Source: Octopus vulgaris (lineage: Eukaryota). From it: DNA of 64,000 nucleotides. A model generated the notes under the pieces. It worked only from the letters and a program-made list of their open reading frames with translations. It was not told where the DNA came from and did not search any database. Shown here piece by piece: positions 1 to 14,512 of the stretch (the first letter of the stretch is position 1; every line of letters starts with the position of its first letter). Both the position numbers and the translations under genes were made by a program. Location of the stretch: NCBI GenBank assembly GCA_951406725.2, contig OX597820.1, forward strand, positions 41,726,001 through 41,790,000. The letters run 5' to 3'.

Positions 1-311
1 AGAATTCCAAGTTATATCGTGGAATGTGTTCAAAAATAAACAATTTTATTTTAGTAGAGACAGGACTAAATTCTTTAAAAGCTAAATATACAGAGATAAA
101 TCAGCTGAAAATTTGGAAGTAGAAGCTTTGCTACCTCAGTGCATCGTATTTCCATCTTGCCTTTTTGTACGGTAAATTAATTCTTTGAAGAGGCAATTAA
201 TTCCCACTGACAGAACAATAGTTTGAAACAATGAGCATGTTGATAGGCCTTAAAGTTATAAAGTTTTTCCGAATTTTCTAAAACAACATATACATGTATG
301 TGAGTATAATA

Positions 312-568
312 TATTCTTTTATTCTTTTACACGTTTCAGTCATTTGGCTGCGGTCACGCTGAAGCACCACCTTGAAGGGTTTTAGTCGAAGAAATCGACC
401 CAAGGACTTATTATTTGTAAGCCTAGTATTTATTCTATCTGTCTCTTTTGCCGAACTGCTAAGGTACGAGGTGGTTAACACACCAACATCAGTTGTCAAG
501 CGATGGCAACAAACACAGACACAAAGACACATACACACATAAATATACACACATATGTATATATGTAC

Positions 569-628
<60 letters not shown>

Positions 629-647
629 TTATATGTATATGTATATG

Positions 648-697
<50 letters not shown>

Positions 698-858
698 CGG
701 GCTTCTTTCAGTTTCCGTCCGTCAAATTCATTCACAGGGCTCTAGTCTGCCCGAGGCTATAGTAGAACACACTTGCTTAAAGTGCCACGCGGTGACACTG
801 AACCCGAAATCATTTGTTTGGGAAGCAAGCTACTTAACATGCAACCATGCCTGCGCCT
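312..858 (-). mobile_element. SINE family A (tRNA-derived head, internal TA/CA microsatellite), near full length
   Basis: Reverse complement starts aggcgcaggcatggttgcatgttaag and ends aaaagaataaaagaata; collinear with the + copy at 16062-16405. Confidence 0.8.
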
Positions 859-1819
859 CTATCTGTGTGTGTGTATGTGTATCTGTATATATATGCTTGT
901 GTGTTTTACACACACATACATCCTATACATATGCATATAAACACGGCAGGTTTCAGTTTCGGTCTACATAATACATTTTTAAATACACTGTCTGTATGTA
1001 TATGCAAAAATTACTTTTCATAAAACGTAGTGTTTTAAGAGCATATCTACGAATCTAGTGTGAGTCTATACGTATTAGAATACAGCACCTTTAGTGTATG
1101 TATATGTAGTATTTTAATTTCATAAATTTCCTCAGGCGTATGTCCATATGCAAATGCATGTGTGTAAATGTGTATGTGTTAGTGTATGTATATATATATT
1201 TAATATCCCTCTACTATCACAACTACTCCATATTTGCCACGTTTCACACACTGGACCTCTTCCTACTTAGCACTCCCTTCTCTCACCTCATCTTTGGTTG
1301 TAATAGAAATTAATGTTGAAATAACTGTATCGTGTCCTCTTCTAACTGCCAACCTTTACTCTCCTTTCACACCAGCACGGTCAACCCTCAGCATATCACG
1401 CTCACTCCTTACCATTCCCATCCACTATCGTCTGTCCCCGCGTCATTCCTCTTTTCCCTAATTTCCGCCATTGCTACACAGATATTTACTCACGTACACA
1501 CGCTCAGATATGCATACACATGCTTATAAATATAAAAATACACACGCGCACGCACATGTCTCTTTTACTCTCTCAATTCTGGAAACACAGACAGAAATGT
1601 GGTGACTTAGGATGGCCCACCATATACTAGTTTGGTAGTCCTATATTCAATTGTATTTGCTTCCGTCTGTGTCTCGCGTTAGCTCTAATAATATTTTCCC
1701 CTTATCTTGTTTATTACGTAAATTATTTATGTCTTCATGATCATCAACACGATCATAATCATGATCAACATTGTCGTCTCGTCGTCATCACTATCTTCAC
1801 CATCATCATTACCAGAGCC

Positions 1820-1910
1820 ACCACCACCAACAGCAACAACCACCACCACCACCACCACCACCACCACCACCACCATCCCCACCACAACCACCACCACCAC
1901 CACCACCACA
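1820..1910. repeat. (CCA)n trinucleotide repeat
   Basis: Seen directly; source of the poly-Pro/Thr/Val pseudo-ORFs. Confidence 0.95.
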
Positions 1911-2072
1911 AAGCAACAGCAACAACATCAACGCCTCCGCCGATACCTCAAGCGTCAACACTGTCAACACTCCGACATCATCATCATAATTGTCGCTGTT
2001 GTTGCCGTCATCATCATTGTCATCATTAGCATGACTATTGTAATCGATAATGCAGCGTTCTCACATTTTGTG

Positions 2073-2145
<73 letters not shown>

Positions 2146-3698
2146 TCATTGTTTAAGTAGTATCATAAGTGATTTTGTTTTCATTAACATTATTAATATT
2201 ATCATCATTATTATTATTAATATCGTCATTAGCACCATCATCATCACCATCAGTATCAATGATTGCTTTCTTTTTTTTTTCATTTTTGTTTCTTTTCTTT
2301 CTTCTTTTTGTTCAGTAATTTTGGCATGGACGGATATACTGCCGGATGGTAAAAGTGTAAGAGACAGCGAGAAAGAGACAGTGTGAGAGATTGAGTGAGT
2401 GAGTGAGTGAATGAATAAGTGAGTGAGAGAGAAAGAGAGGGGGTGGGTTGAAAGAAAGAGAGAGAGCGGGAAAAGGAGAGCAAGAGAGAAGAGTGAGTAT
2501 GAGAGAGAAAAACATGTTGCGAAGGATGTTATTATATCCAGATTTATAGATGTAATAGATAAATCAATGAAAGCATAAAGGCAGACAGACAGACAGAGAC
2601 AGAGACAGACAGATAGATATTGAGATATTGTAAGACATCTACAAGGAATGAGAGTGATAGAATAAGTGTGTGAGTGAGTGAGGGAGAGAGAAAGACAGAG
2701 AGATACTTTGAAAGTGAAAGTGAAACTGAACAGAGAACGGTTGATTACTTAAAAGGAAAATAAGAACTATCATTGAGAAACTGTGTGTCTGTCTTTATAT
2801 GTACATGTATATGTATATGTATATATTTATACGCGTGTGTGCGTGTATGTGAGTGCGTGCACGTGTATATGTGTGTGTGTTTAAGATAAGTGAAGAGAGA
2901 AAAAGGGACCAAAAAGTTAAATAAATAGAGGAAAACAAGAGAAAGAACTGGTAAATGGAGAGTCTGAGATGGAGAAAATGGAAGGAATGGTCGGTCGGTC
3001 GGTCGGTTTATCGGTTGGTTGGGTTAGTTGACTGGTTGGCTGGCTGTCTGGCTGGCTGGTTTGTTGGGAGAGAAGTGTTCCAGCTACTAGGACGATTGCA
3101 ACGAACGCAGAAAAAAGGTTGGTGGAAGTGATGGTTGAAATGAGGACAGCCGGTTGAAACAAAATAGAGGAGGAGCATGAAATAGAAAAAAAAAGAAAAA
3201 CTAAATAAGATAAAAAAAAGTAAAGGAAAAAACAAAACAAAACGAAAGAAACAAGAGAGAAAAGGATAAAAACGGTGTGCGTGCTGCTTGTTTGTGAATG
3301 TGTTCGTCTGTTGGTGCTGGGACACGTACACGTTCACACGCATACACTTTTTCTGCAATCTCGCACCGATCTGTCGAGCGTCCGATAATAGATCGGGTCG
3401 GATTGCGTGTGAGTTACACCAATCCGTATGTCTAACATATGCTGGTGCCACACAACAAACAGATCAATCTATGAATCCAATATCAGGGAGGGATGTTTTT
3501 CTTTCCTTTTTATTATTATTATTTTGTATTTATTTATTTATTTTGACTTTCTTTATACAAGCATTTTTTTTTTTTCCTACACATTTCTCTAGGCCGACTT
3601 GTTTTGCTTGTTGTGAGCATGCATCTGATTGCTTAGCTGAACAGAGAGATAAGACGAAAACGAAAAAGAAAAAGACCAGCAAATAATGTGGTTGGCAC

Positions 3699-3772
<74 letters not shown>

Positions 3773-3874
3773 ACACACGCACACACATACACACCCATAA
3801 ACACACATACACACAAATGCACACATGTGCTTTCTATTCATGTAAGTATGCGTGTCTGTCTGTTTGTGCGTGTT

Positions 3875-3921
<47 letters not shown>

Positions 3922-4760
3922 CACATACATACACATATATATATATATATATATATACAAATGCACACACACACACACATGATATTTTAGTTTTTATACT
4001 TTGTTATTGTCCAGTTATGAATGAGCTAATCTCTAACCAAGAAACAAGACTCCCTCATTGAAATTTTGTCTGCAGTGACTGTAAATTCACATGCTTAACT
4101 TTATATGTTTATATTATTATTATATACATTTTTTTTCTTGCGGTGCGGTTCTATTTATTGATGCAATTTGTTTAATTTGTAATTAAGGTACCTTTTTTTA
4201 ACCTCAGAATCTAACCATTAAACAAGTACTTTATAAACATCTTCACTCGTTACAAACAGCAACATCTATCAAAGATAAAATGTTGACCTATAACCAGTTC
4301 TTCCAAATCAACTGTCCATTAATATTTTTCTATCTCATTGACTACATGAGACACTTTTAGCGACTGAATGTTAACATGTTTTACAAATTATATTTCTTCT
4401 TTCTTTCTTTTTTTTTTTCTTTTTCGTTTTACCTTCTATATTCTCTTCATAAATGTGTAGGCTTCCTGTCTTTTGACAGAAATTAAAACAACAGATGTAT
4501 AGCTGCTGCAGTTTAGCCCTAGGAAAGGCTTGACATATAATCAAAGGGTTTCGTTAATCTGTTTCTATTTGGTAAATTATTTTTATTGGACTGTTTATCG
4601 TACATCTTTTGTTGTATGAAATGTAGATATTTCCGTAAACACATATATTTAACACTTCCCACGTGGAGTAGAATATCATCTTCACAATAACAACGTATTC
4701 ATATGCGATTGTTGTAAATTGTGTAGGTGTGTCCGTACGACAGTAAGCGCCTGTGTGTGT

Positions 4761-4795
<35 letters not shown>

Positions 4796-5585
4796 TATGC
4801 GTTGTGGGTGTGAGTACGTATGAGTGAATATCTGTAGAGACGTTTAAATATGGATATACATGCGCATACATTCATGTAAAACATGACTATACTTCTAAAA
4901 CGAATTTAAGAATAAAAACTGAATATTGATCGAATAGGTGACTCTCTGCTGTGGATTAAGAGTCAAATTTCTGGTATACTTCGAGTCGATCAGGACTTTC
5001 AGTTTGGGCTATATTAGTCTATTCAATAGACTGTTTGAATAACGCATAATTACTGTGCCTGTCAATTCAAGAATACACACGCACGCACACAAACACACAC
5101 ACACATACTCACTCACTCACACACACACACACGCGGGCAATATAGGATATGGATTCAGAGTATTATGTGGCTGTCACAGTAAGCTCCTCGCACGGACTTG
5201 GATATCAGTTCACATATTAATCAACTATTAAGTAGTTCATTGCAAAGTCTCCAAACAGCTAAAAATCCCCAAATATCAGCAACAAATTTATTCTGTGAGA
5301 CATAATGTCAAAAGGTATGAGAGATGAATATATAAATATGCAAATATTTAACCACCTGACGTCCATAGTATTACGACTGTTTCGCACCTTTCTTCATATA
5401 GTATTATTAATTTCAGGTTACAAGTAATTATGCGCACAGGTTTGCATGAAAGTTTTCTCATTATTGAATTTACAATTTTTTTTAATCACGAATTAATGCA
5501 AATAAAGAAACCTAATTCATCAGATCCCGATAATATCGTAGTCAGATCAATGTTTCAACTCTAAATTTGCATACAATTTTCAGTC

Positions 5586-5642
<57 letters not shown>

Positions 5643-6014
5643 TCGTGTGTGTGTATCAAGGATTGAAGAGACAAAACACAACAAGGAGAAAATGTTAGAC
5701 GAGAGCAGAGCAAACGAGAAACTAGACGAAATTTGCTGACAGGAAATATAGACAAAGACACGATGCACGGAATATTCGCAGCTGAGTTTACCTTGTCAGT
5801 CAATGACATAAAATATCATAGTGGTCTCACGCCATTAATGTATGGAAAGCTATAATCAGACAAAGTTACAATGAATTAGTTAATAAAAGTAAGCAAGCAT
5901 CAGAGTAAACGTATACTTTTACTGACCAAATCAATGTAATTTTGCCCAATTCTTTGCTTCCATATATGGATATGCAAAGAAAGAATATTTGTATGCATGA
6001 TTAAGATTAATTCT

Positions 6015-6205
6015 TATCTACTCCAGGCACAAGGTCCGAAACTTTGGGGGCCAGTTGATTCGATCCACCCCAGTACGCAACTGGTACTTAATTTATCAAC
6101 CCCGAAAGGGATGAAAGGTAAAGCCGACCACGGCGGAATTTGAAATCAGAACATAAAGACAGACGAAATACCGCTAAGCATTTCGTCCGACGTGCTAACG
6201 TCTCC
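6015..6205 (-). mobile_element. SINE family B (tRNA-derived; core gtcgactttgcctttcatcctttcggggtcgat)
   Basis: Contains aggcacaagg..ccccagtacgcaactggtacttaattt..gatgaaagg..cggcggaatttgaa..gaaataccgctaagcatttcg, shared with more than 10 other copies in the window. Confidence 0.8.
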
Positions 6206-6888
6206 TCGTCTTATCCTAATGGATTAATTGGATTATTGATATAGGCATGATGTTCTGGTGGTCATATGAGCTAAGTTTCTTTCCTAGCTTTAATTCAAGA
6301 ATTTAGAATTGTATTGAATAATACTGAGTACTCATATTAATGCAGACATGTACGCATACTTTGTTGGATAGTGAAATTAATACTACATGAAGAAAGTTGT
6401 GAAACAGCTGTAACCTTTTAGAAGTCACGTTGACAAAAAAATTTATATTAATCGCGCCTATCACCTGATTTTATGTTTATATATGTGTGTTCCCGCAGGT
6501 CGGTATTAACCTTTTTACTAGGTTAAGTATATATGTAAAACCTTATGTATTTTTCTCTGTTTTTGCTATTTCGGTCAATCTTTTTGAATGCCTCTGTCTC
6601 AGTGTATAGCTAGGTAGCTGAGAGTATACGAGCAAAAATGTATAAGTTATAGAATAACTCTGATAATAAAAGATTTGAGAAACATTTAGGCGAGAAAGGA
6701 TAACATATGGAATGAATGAAAGCAAGACAAAGCAATCTGCGGGCAGCGAAGTACACACATGCCGAAAAGAAAGCAGGGAAGAGAGAAAAAGAGAGAGAGG
6801 AAAAGAGAGAGATGGAAAGAGAGAGAGGTATACTTCGATTTTTCATTACTTGTGAAGAAGAATAAATGTTTGAAGTAATATAATTACT

Positions 6889-6934
<46 letters not shown>

Positions 6935-7693
6935 TGTATGTATGTATGTATGTATGTATGTATATACATGCATGCGTACATGCTCACATCATCCAAGCTG
7001 AAAGCTACACATAAAGCATAAAGCATCATAGGATGGGCGATATATTTCATTATGTTAATCTTTTTGAAAATTCTGTAATTTGAATACATTGTTGATTATC
7101 CTCAAACAACTTATTAATTTTAGAAAGCAGATATTAAAACTAGATGCAGGCTACATAAGAAGTCTATGGTAGCCCTTTATTTTTTACAAAACGTAAATGA
7201 ATGTAATTGATATTGAATACTAGTAGCATGATTGCAAAGTTATAAAAGCAACATATATGTATCATATTCATATGCACACACACACACACACACAAACACA
7301 CACATTCATATGCATAAATACATACATTCCTTCCTGTGTATATGTGTGCATAAGTGCATGTGCGCGTGCATAGATACATGCATACACACAACAGGAAAAT
7401 GCTTTGAGAGATTTATCATGGACAGGATAAAAGAGGTGTTTACATTTGAATCAATGCATGCTACCCGTTTCAGTCGCTTAAGAGGAAGATTCAGTCACGC
7501 TGAAATGAAACAGAAATATTGTAAATTCATTTAAACTAATCTCCCATGATATCATTTCTCGCAGTTCCCATATTTTTCTATCAAAAGTCGCATGGTTTTG
7601 AAATCCCTGATTTTTACTGGGCTTTTGTAGTTATAGTAGCAACATCAGCGGCTATTGATTATAACTGCAACAGTGATGGCAGTGTGCGCGCGC

Positions 7694-7728
<35 letters not shown>

Positions 7729-8118
7729 TGTGTGCGTGCGTGTGCATACGTGCGTACGTCTTAGTGTTTATAAGTTTTATACTTATACAGGTAACGTAAC
7801 GCTTTTCATATTTCAATATGTCCATATGAGTGAACACTGAAAGATAAGCTGTGGCGGGATCCCGGATAGTTGATTAACATATGCACTATCTAGAAAGTAG
7901 ATTGAGTGTATCGTTTGGTGGAAAGGTCAAACCAAACAAGTGTTACATTTGATAAACTCATCTTAGAACGCCGGAACCAGTGATGAAATTCGAACTTAGT
8001 ATCTTTCTACCATTAAACCAATCCCAGTATTAATTCAGTGAACGGTACTTATATATAATTAAAAATGCAGGCATAGATATTGCTCAAGAAATCAAAATAC
8101 AAGTATGCCTGTATGCAG

Positions 8119-8375
8119 TAAGTTAAAGTTAAGTTAATTTTTTGGCTCAAAAAGCAAAAGCAAGGCCATGTAGGGGGACATGGAATTATGTACAGGGAGG
8201 GTGTTCATGCGAAGAGTTCAGGCCATTTCTGGTCAAGACAGTCTTTGAACCGAGGGGTCGTCGGCATCTTCACTATCTCGTCCGGCAGCTTATTCCACAG
8301 ATCCGCAACCCGGACTGAGAAAGCCCCTCTACTTCGATTGAGATGAAATCGTCACAGATAGATCTTTTCGGAGTG
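8119..8375 (-). mobile_element. CR1-clade LINE 3' end (ORF2 C-terminus, 3' UTR, short (TTAAC)-type tail)
   Basis: Minus strand reads HSEKIYL*RFHLNRSRGAFSVRVADLWNKLPDEIVKMPTTPRFKDCLDQKWPELFA*, matching the FSxRVxxxWNxLP..FK..LD C-terminus of CR1 ORF2. Confidence 0.85.
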
Positions 8376-10878
8376 AGTTTATTGAGACAAGTTTATTGAG
8401 ACAAGTTTTAAAACATCGCAGAACAGGTTGCATGTTTTGCTATTCGTTTCTTCTCGTGTGTAGGCACAAACGCCAGCAACTTTTAAACGGGGCAATATTG
8501 GACACAGTTGCTTAACTGAATGAATTTATAAATTTTAGTGACAAAATGCAAACTATATAGGGTGACTATGCTCACCACGTATTGTTACAAATCTTAAATG
8601 GATCGTATTGATGGCCAATATATGCAGCAGAGAAGCACATTTGTAAAAAAAGTAAAAACTAAAAACTGTTGGACTCCTCTGGTCACAATATATTATAACA
8701 TTGTTTGAGTAACAGAATATGACACGTAGAGTCGTGTATATTCACAAACAAAGTATATATAAATACGAAATAAATTGAAAGCATTTTCGTATAGGTAGCT
8801 CTTTCTCTCTTCTGCACTCTCCTATACAGCACTAGTCGTTAATGTGCTTGCGTCAACGGCGATTTGAGCTATACATTATATATACTGAATAGGCAACTGT
8901 TCATGTAAATATTCATTCACTAGGGGACTAAGCACTACAGTCCCAATCACTGAACCACAGCTAATCTGTTGACAATAGAGTCAATTACAATAAGAGTAGT
9001 GAAATTATAGAAGATGAACATAATTATAAATGCGTTAGGGATGAATACCATACTAGTCATCTGGGTGTCATTAAAGACAGCTATAGCGGTATTGCCTTAA
9101 TGTTATGGTGGGTGTTAGTAGAAGTTGTAATCTTCCTGGCAGAAAAGTTGATAAGGTAATGTTAGTTAAAATGTTCCTGGTACGGGCGGTAGTAACAATA
9201 TTTGCAGTATTTCCTCGAATCTGGTTGGGATAGATGTAGGTGTGTGCGTGGAGGAAGTTGTATGGGTTCTGATGGTGATGCCAGATAACAGTCTGAAAGG
9301 CATATAGTTGCCTATGCACAGGTCAATGCACGTAAATGTACTTTGCACACGCAAATAGTCTGTCTCACGCAACTGATAGATACAGACATACAAGATCAGA
9401 TGAGAAGAAACTTTCAGATGCGAAAGACGATCTGAGCAGAGTAGAAGATAGAATTTGTAAACATTCATTTGCAGTCAACTTAGGTATTCTGAGTAATAGT
9501 GCTAAGTGGTGGTCAGTGTGGGAAGAGACGATTTGTCTGAGCAAAATGACAGTCGCAGATTAATGGGAAGACTGACAGCCGCCGCTAAATGTCCAATTGT
9601 CTGCCTGACTACATGGCAGTCTGCCTGTTTGGCTGTCTTCATCGCATGGAGATGGATGGTGAGATGAAGAGATAGAAAACTGGAAAAATTGTTATTGATT
9701 ATTGCTAGATAAATAAAGAGGCATACAGACATACCAGCTGATGAACATTCAGCCCGGTGCAGTGATAAATTAGGATATAGATTGAGGGATAGACAAACAT
9801 GCAGACGGTTGCAGATACATACAGAGGTGTAGCCAGTATTGAATTTTCAGTAATTGTTTTTTTCTTCTTACATACACATACAAGTATAGTCTGATAATTC
9901 CATAAACAGGCTACAGGACAAATTTTACTGATTCCCAAGTATTGTGTAGGTATACTAGTGAACATTCAGGATAACAAGCAGATGAAGAAAAACATAGCTA
10001 CGCAAGTGCATACATCCCCACCCATTCACACATATATATTTATGGAAAATACTTACCTGTAAAGATTGGAATCCTCGAATTATAAATCATGCCATAACCT
10101 GGAACTATGTAACGTATAATCTAGTTTTCTATCATTTTCTTTTCTTTATGTACGTTTGTATGTTTATATGTGTGAGCATGCGTTTGTCTGTGTGCGCGAT
10201 GTATCTCTGTCGTTGAGCTATGAGCAGTTGGTTATTCGATCAACTTAATTACCTGGTACTGAATTCAAATGTAAGTGACAGTGCGTTCTACATAAAAAGG
10301 GTATCAACGTAATTCACAGACAGAATCAACATGATACAATATGCGAGACAATACTATAATCCAGCTGATGGCCTTCTACAGAGTTTCAGCTTACTCAGTT
10401 TCTCTCAGATGCCATGAGCCGACCGGAGGCTACTAAAACCTATCCGTCTTCGTAACATAGTAGTTCGGTAAAATATACAGAGAGATTAATACCAAGCCTT
10501 AATGAAATATGTACTGCGGTCGATTTGTTCCAATACATTTTTCTAAGTGTCGTCCCAGACTGGCCGCTCTTCAATAACAGAAACAAGTAAAAGTAAAAAA
10601 TTAATACACACACACACACACAGACACATACACACATACACACACATATAATATATATATCAAAATGTGTGTGTTTATAAGCTCATACATGCACACATGC
10701 ATGCACACTCAAATACAGAGGCGTATTCACAGCATAATAACATTATATACATAATAAGCAGTATATGTAGTAGCATAAAGAAGTCAGAACGCTTGCGGAA
10801 CCCACGTATAGAATACAGAGTGTGTGGGTGGTATCTATCTATCTACCTATCTGTCAATCTATTTATCTATCTATCCAT

Positions 10879-10922
<44 letters not shown>

Positions 10923-10930
10923 ACACACTC

Positions 10931-10970
<40 letters not shown>

Positions 10971-11089
10971 TGGCCACTCGCTTAGCCAGCGGGGTGGCGT
11001 CATTCGAAGGCTAAAATAATGCAAAGCGCATTGTGACTAGCGATATGTAGCAACATCTGATAGCCTGGTCGGTCACGGTGATCACGGTG

Positions 11090-11153
<64 letters not shown>

Positions 11154-11167
11154 GCACATATATATAT

Positions 11168-11236
<69 letters not shown>

Positions 11237-11239
<3 letters not shown>

Positions 11240-12496
11240 GTGTTAGACAAAATAATGGAAACACCTAGCATCATAGCATCATATTTTGAAATATCTATAA
11301 AACCGTCAAAAGCCTGGTTATTTATATGTTTTTTATTTATTTATTTTTAGTGTTGCTTAATATGTTTTGTTAAAATTGTAGTTTCTTTTCAGGTATCATC
11401 AGAAAAAGGTAATTAGAATTCATTGAAATGACGAAAGTATCGGACTTTCAAAGAGTTCAAATTGTTTGTGCTCTAGCGTAACGAAAACAGCTGAAATGTT
11501 TGGTGTTTCAAGAAGTACTGTCTCGAAAGTAATGACAACATTTGAGAAAGAGGGGAAAACATCATCGTCGAAACAAAACTCCAGAAGAAAACCAAAACAT
11601 TCAGATAGAGACCGCCAAACTCTTACGTGAATTGCTGGAAAGGATCACTAAAGTACAGCTCCCAAAATTACTGCAGAGTTTAATGACAATCTCGAGAACC
11701 CAGTTTCCACAAAAACTGTTCACCAGGAGTTGCACAAAGCTAGATTTCACGGGAGGGATGCAATCAGAAAACCACTACTTTCAAAAACAAACGTTACCAA
11801 GCGCTTAGAGTGGAGTAAAAACCTACAGAATTGTTTCCTAGAGCAGTCGAAGAAAGTTATTTTCTCGAACGAAACATCATCTACCTTATTTCCGACCACC
11901 ATACCTGTAGACTCAGCCAATAGAAGCATTTGACCCAGACTGCTTTCTACCAATTGTTAAACATGCAGGAGCATCTGTGATGATCTGGGGGAGGAGGCTA
12001 TATCTTGGAAATCAGCCGGCCCAATGGTTTCCCTTCATGGCAGAATTAATAGTCAAGACTATTTAAGCATTTTATCTGATCAAATACATTCTATGGTTGA
12101 GGAACTGTATCCGGAGGGAAGCGCAATCTTTCAGGATGATAATGCACCAATTCACACAGCTGAAGTTGTTACTGAATGGCACGAAGAACATTCTAGTGAA
12201 ATTGAATATCTTATCTGGCTAACGCAATCCCCAGATCTCAATATTATTGAACATTTATGGTGCATTTTTGGAAAACAAAGTAAGGAATCGATATCTTCCA
12301 CCATCATCACTACAGGAACTGGAGACTGTTTTAACTGAAGAATTGACAAAAATTCCTTTGGAAACAATTCAAACTTTATACGAGTCCATACCTCGTAGAA
12401 TTCAAGGTGTAATTACTGCCAAAGGCGGTCCTACCTTATATTAAAATAAATTTGTATGAAATTTTAAGTTGGTTCCATTATTTTGTTCGTCCACTG
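11237..12496 (+). mobile_element. Full-length, decayed Tc1-superfamily DNA transposon (DD36E spacing, Incomer-like)
   Basis: Imperfect ~27-bp TIRs (aaggtgttagacaaaataatggaaac / ggttccattattttgttcgtccactg), TA on both sides, 1.26 kb. Confidence 0.9.
11428..12444 (+). pseudogene. Tc1-like transposase, frameshifted
   Basis: Reads MTKVSDFQRVQIV.., FHGRDAIRKPLLSKTN, VIFSNETS (FSDES-like), FQDDNAPIH, SPDLNIIEHLW and AKGGPTLY* across several frames. Confidence 0.9.
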
Positions 12497-13469
12497 TATG
12501 TATGTATACATGTGTCCATGTGTTTAAATAAGTATAAACAAGCATGTATAAATGCAGATATAACCTACCTACTTACATGAGGCATACATACATGTACACA
12601 AACATAAACATACGTACATACTATAGAAATACACACATGCATGCATATATTCATACATCATGCATACGTCTTTATAGAAACCGCTGTGCTATCCAGGATA
12701 TTATTCTCACGTCGAACGACGTCTCCCCACTTCCAGTTACTGAATTACATTTAGTGTAAGTCACGTCTCAGAGAGTCCTTTCGAAGTCATCCGTAATAAA
12801 CATTGATTATATCTCTCCAGACAGACAGTATCTGCTCTACATACGATTCTGTTTCCGTTTTCTTCTTCCTGACACCTGTCTCCTTACATATCTTTTATAA
12901 CATCATTATTTTTGCCAACGCAGCACCTTCGCCATCCAAACAGAATTTTTATTTTCTATGTGAATTTGGTCGCTGGAAGAAAATTCCAACTAGACATTCA
13001 TGGATAGGTGATTTTTCTCTTCTCCATTTTTTTTCATACTCGAAATCATGTTAAGTTCAGCAATATTAGTCTTTAAATTTAGGGTATTGTGCCGATAACA
13101 AACAAGTACAGACTGAAATAGTATAATAGTGAGAATTTAATGAAAAAAGAAAACGAAAAATTCATTAAATGTGTTCGAGATAATTGCTATGATACTAGGA
13201 GCCTACGTAGCAGAATTTCTTTCTGTCAGATAATCAGCGAACTCAGGGTTTAACAGCATGTTACTAATTTTGTGAACAAGAAATTATATATTTGCACAAG
13301 TTCACTTTCGGCCATGAGTAGCCATATCAATTTTGCAATGTCTACGCTATTAACCCAGAAATGATTATTGTGTTTATGAAATTCTCAGTGTAATCGTTGT
13401 TTTGGTAGTTTAATGGGTATAGTATATTAAATTTCAAAGCATCATTCGATACGTCATACCAAAATATTG

Positions 13470-13680
13470 ATTTCAAACTTTGCAAAAAGGCCAGCAATTT
13501 CGGGGGAAATGGTAAGTCGGTTACATCGATCCTAGTGCTCAACTGGAACTTAATTTTCGTCTCTAAAAGGATGAAAGGCAAAGTCAACCTCAGCGGAATT
13601 TGAACCCAGAATATGAAGACGGACGAAACATGTTAAGTATTTCGCCCCGCGTGCTATCTATTCTAGCAGCTCACCGCCCT
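13470..13680 (-). mobile_element. SINE family B
   Basis: ggatgaaaggcaaagtcaacctcagcggaatttgaac...agcagctcaccgcc. Confidence 0.75.
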
Positions 13681-13769
13681 ACGTCATACCAAAATATCAA
13701 TAAATAAATTGGTAATGTTCTTCCTTGCTATTTATGCATGGATTTTTGTTCTTATATTCTTTTATATAT

Positions 13770-14105
13770 TTCAGCCATGGAGCCGCTGCCATGCTGGGGT
13801 CTGCCATGAAAGTTTTAGCCGATCAAATCAAACTACCAGTAGTTATACTAAACCTCTTATATTTCTAACCGTATCTTTTTACGTTATGGAAGACAAAAAA
13901 CTTACACCGGTTTTCAAACGGTGAAAAACAAAAGCAAATCTTCATCCATGCATGTATATGTGCGTATGAGTATGTATATGTATATGATCCTACATAGATA
14001 GGCACATGCATACTCACACACAAAAGCACACACACTCACACACACACATAAACACTCATATATGCATAGACGACGATCCTCCACGCAGTTTCTGCCTACT
14101 AAATT
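13770..14105 (-). mobile_element. SINE family A, degraded
   Basis: ttcagccatggagccgctgccatgctgggg...cagtttctgcctactaaattca resembles the family A 3' part and core. Confidence 0.55.
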
Positions 14106-14410
14106 CATTTAGAAGCAACGTGAAGAGTTACTTAACATTTGTTAAGAAATGCTTCACGTTGCAAGTAAAAATTCATTTTTACTCACAATGTCCCGATAAA
14201 ACAAAAGCATTAAACACACAAACGTGAACAATAACTAAAATTTATAGTGAATTTACTTGTAAAAAATAATAAGAAATTTAGATCGTATGTAAACAATAAG
14301 AAATTTAGAGAAATAAAAAATTCAGAGAAATTTTCTAATAATAGTAGTTTTCCAGTCATGTGACATCCGCTTTATGTGTACACACACTATCAAATGCCGC
14401 CCACGATAAG

Positions 14411-14512
<102 letters not shown>

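Noticed and set aside
1737-2144. Pro/Thr/Gln-rich ORFs resembling transcription-factor low-complexity regions
   Set aside because: Several frames are open because of trinucleotide repeats; there is no domain or convincing splice context.
9000-9340. Possible degraded LINE endonuclease on the minus strand (PNQIRGNTANIVTT)
   Set aside because: Only a faint likeness to PT..GNTLDLV; too weak without a profile search.
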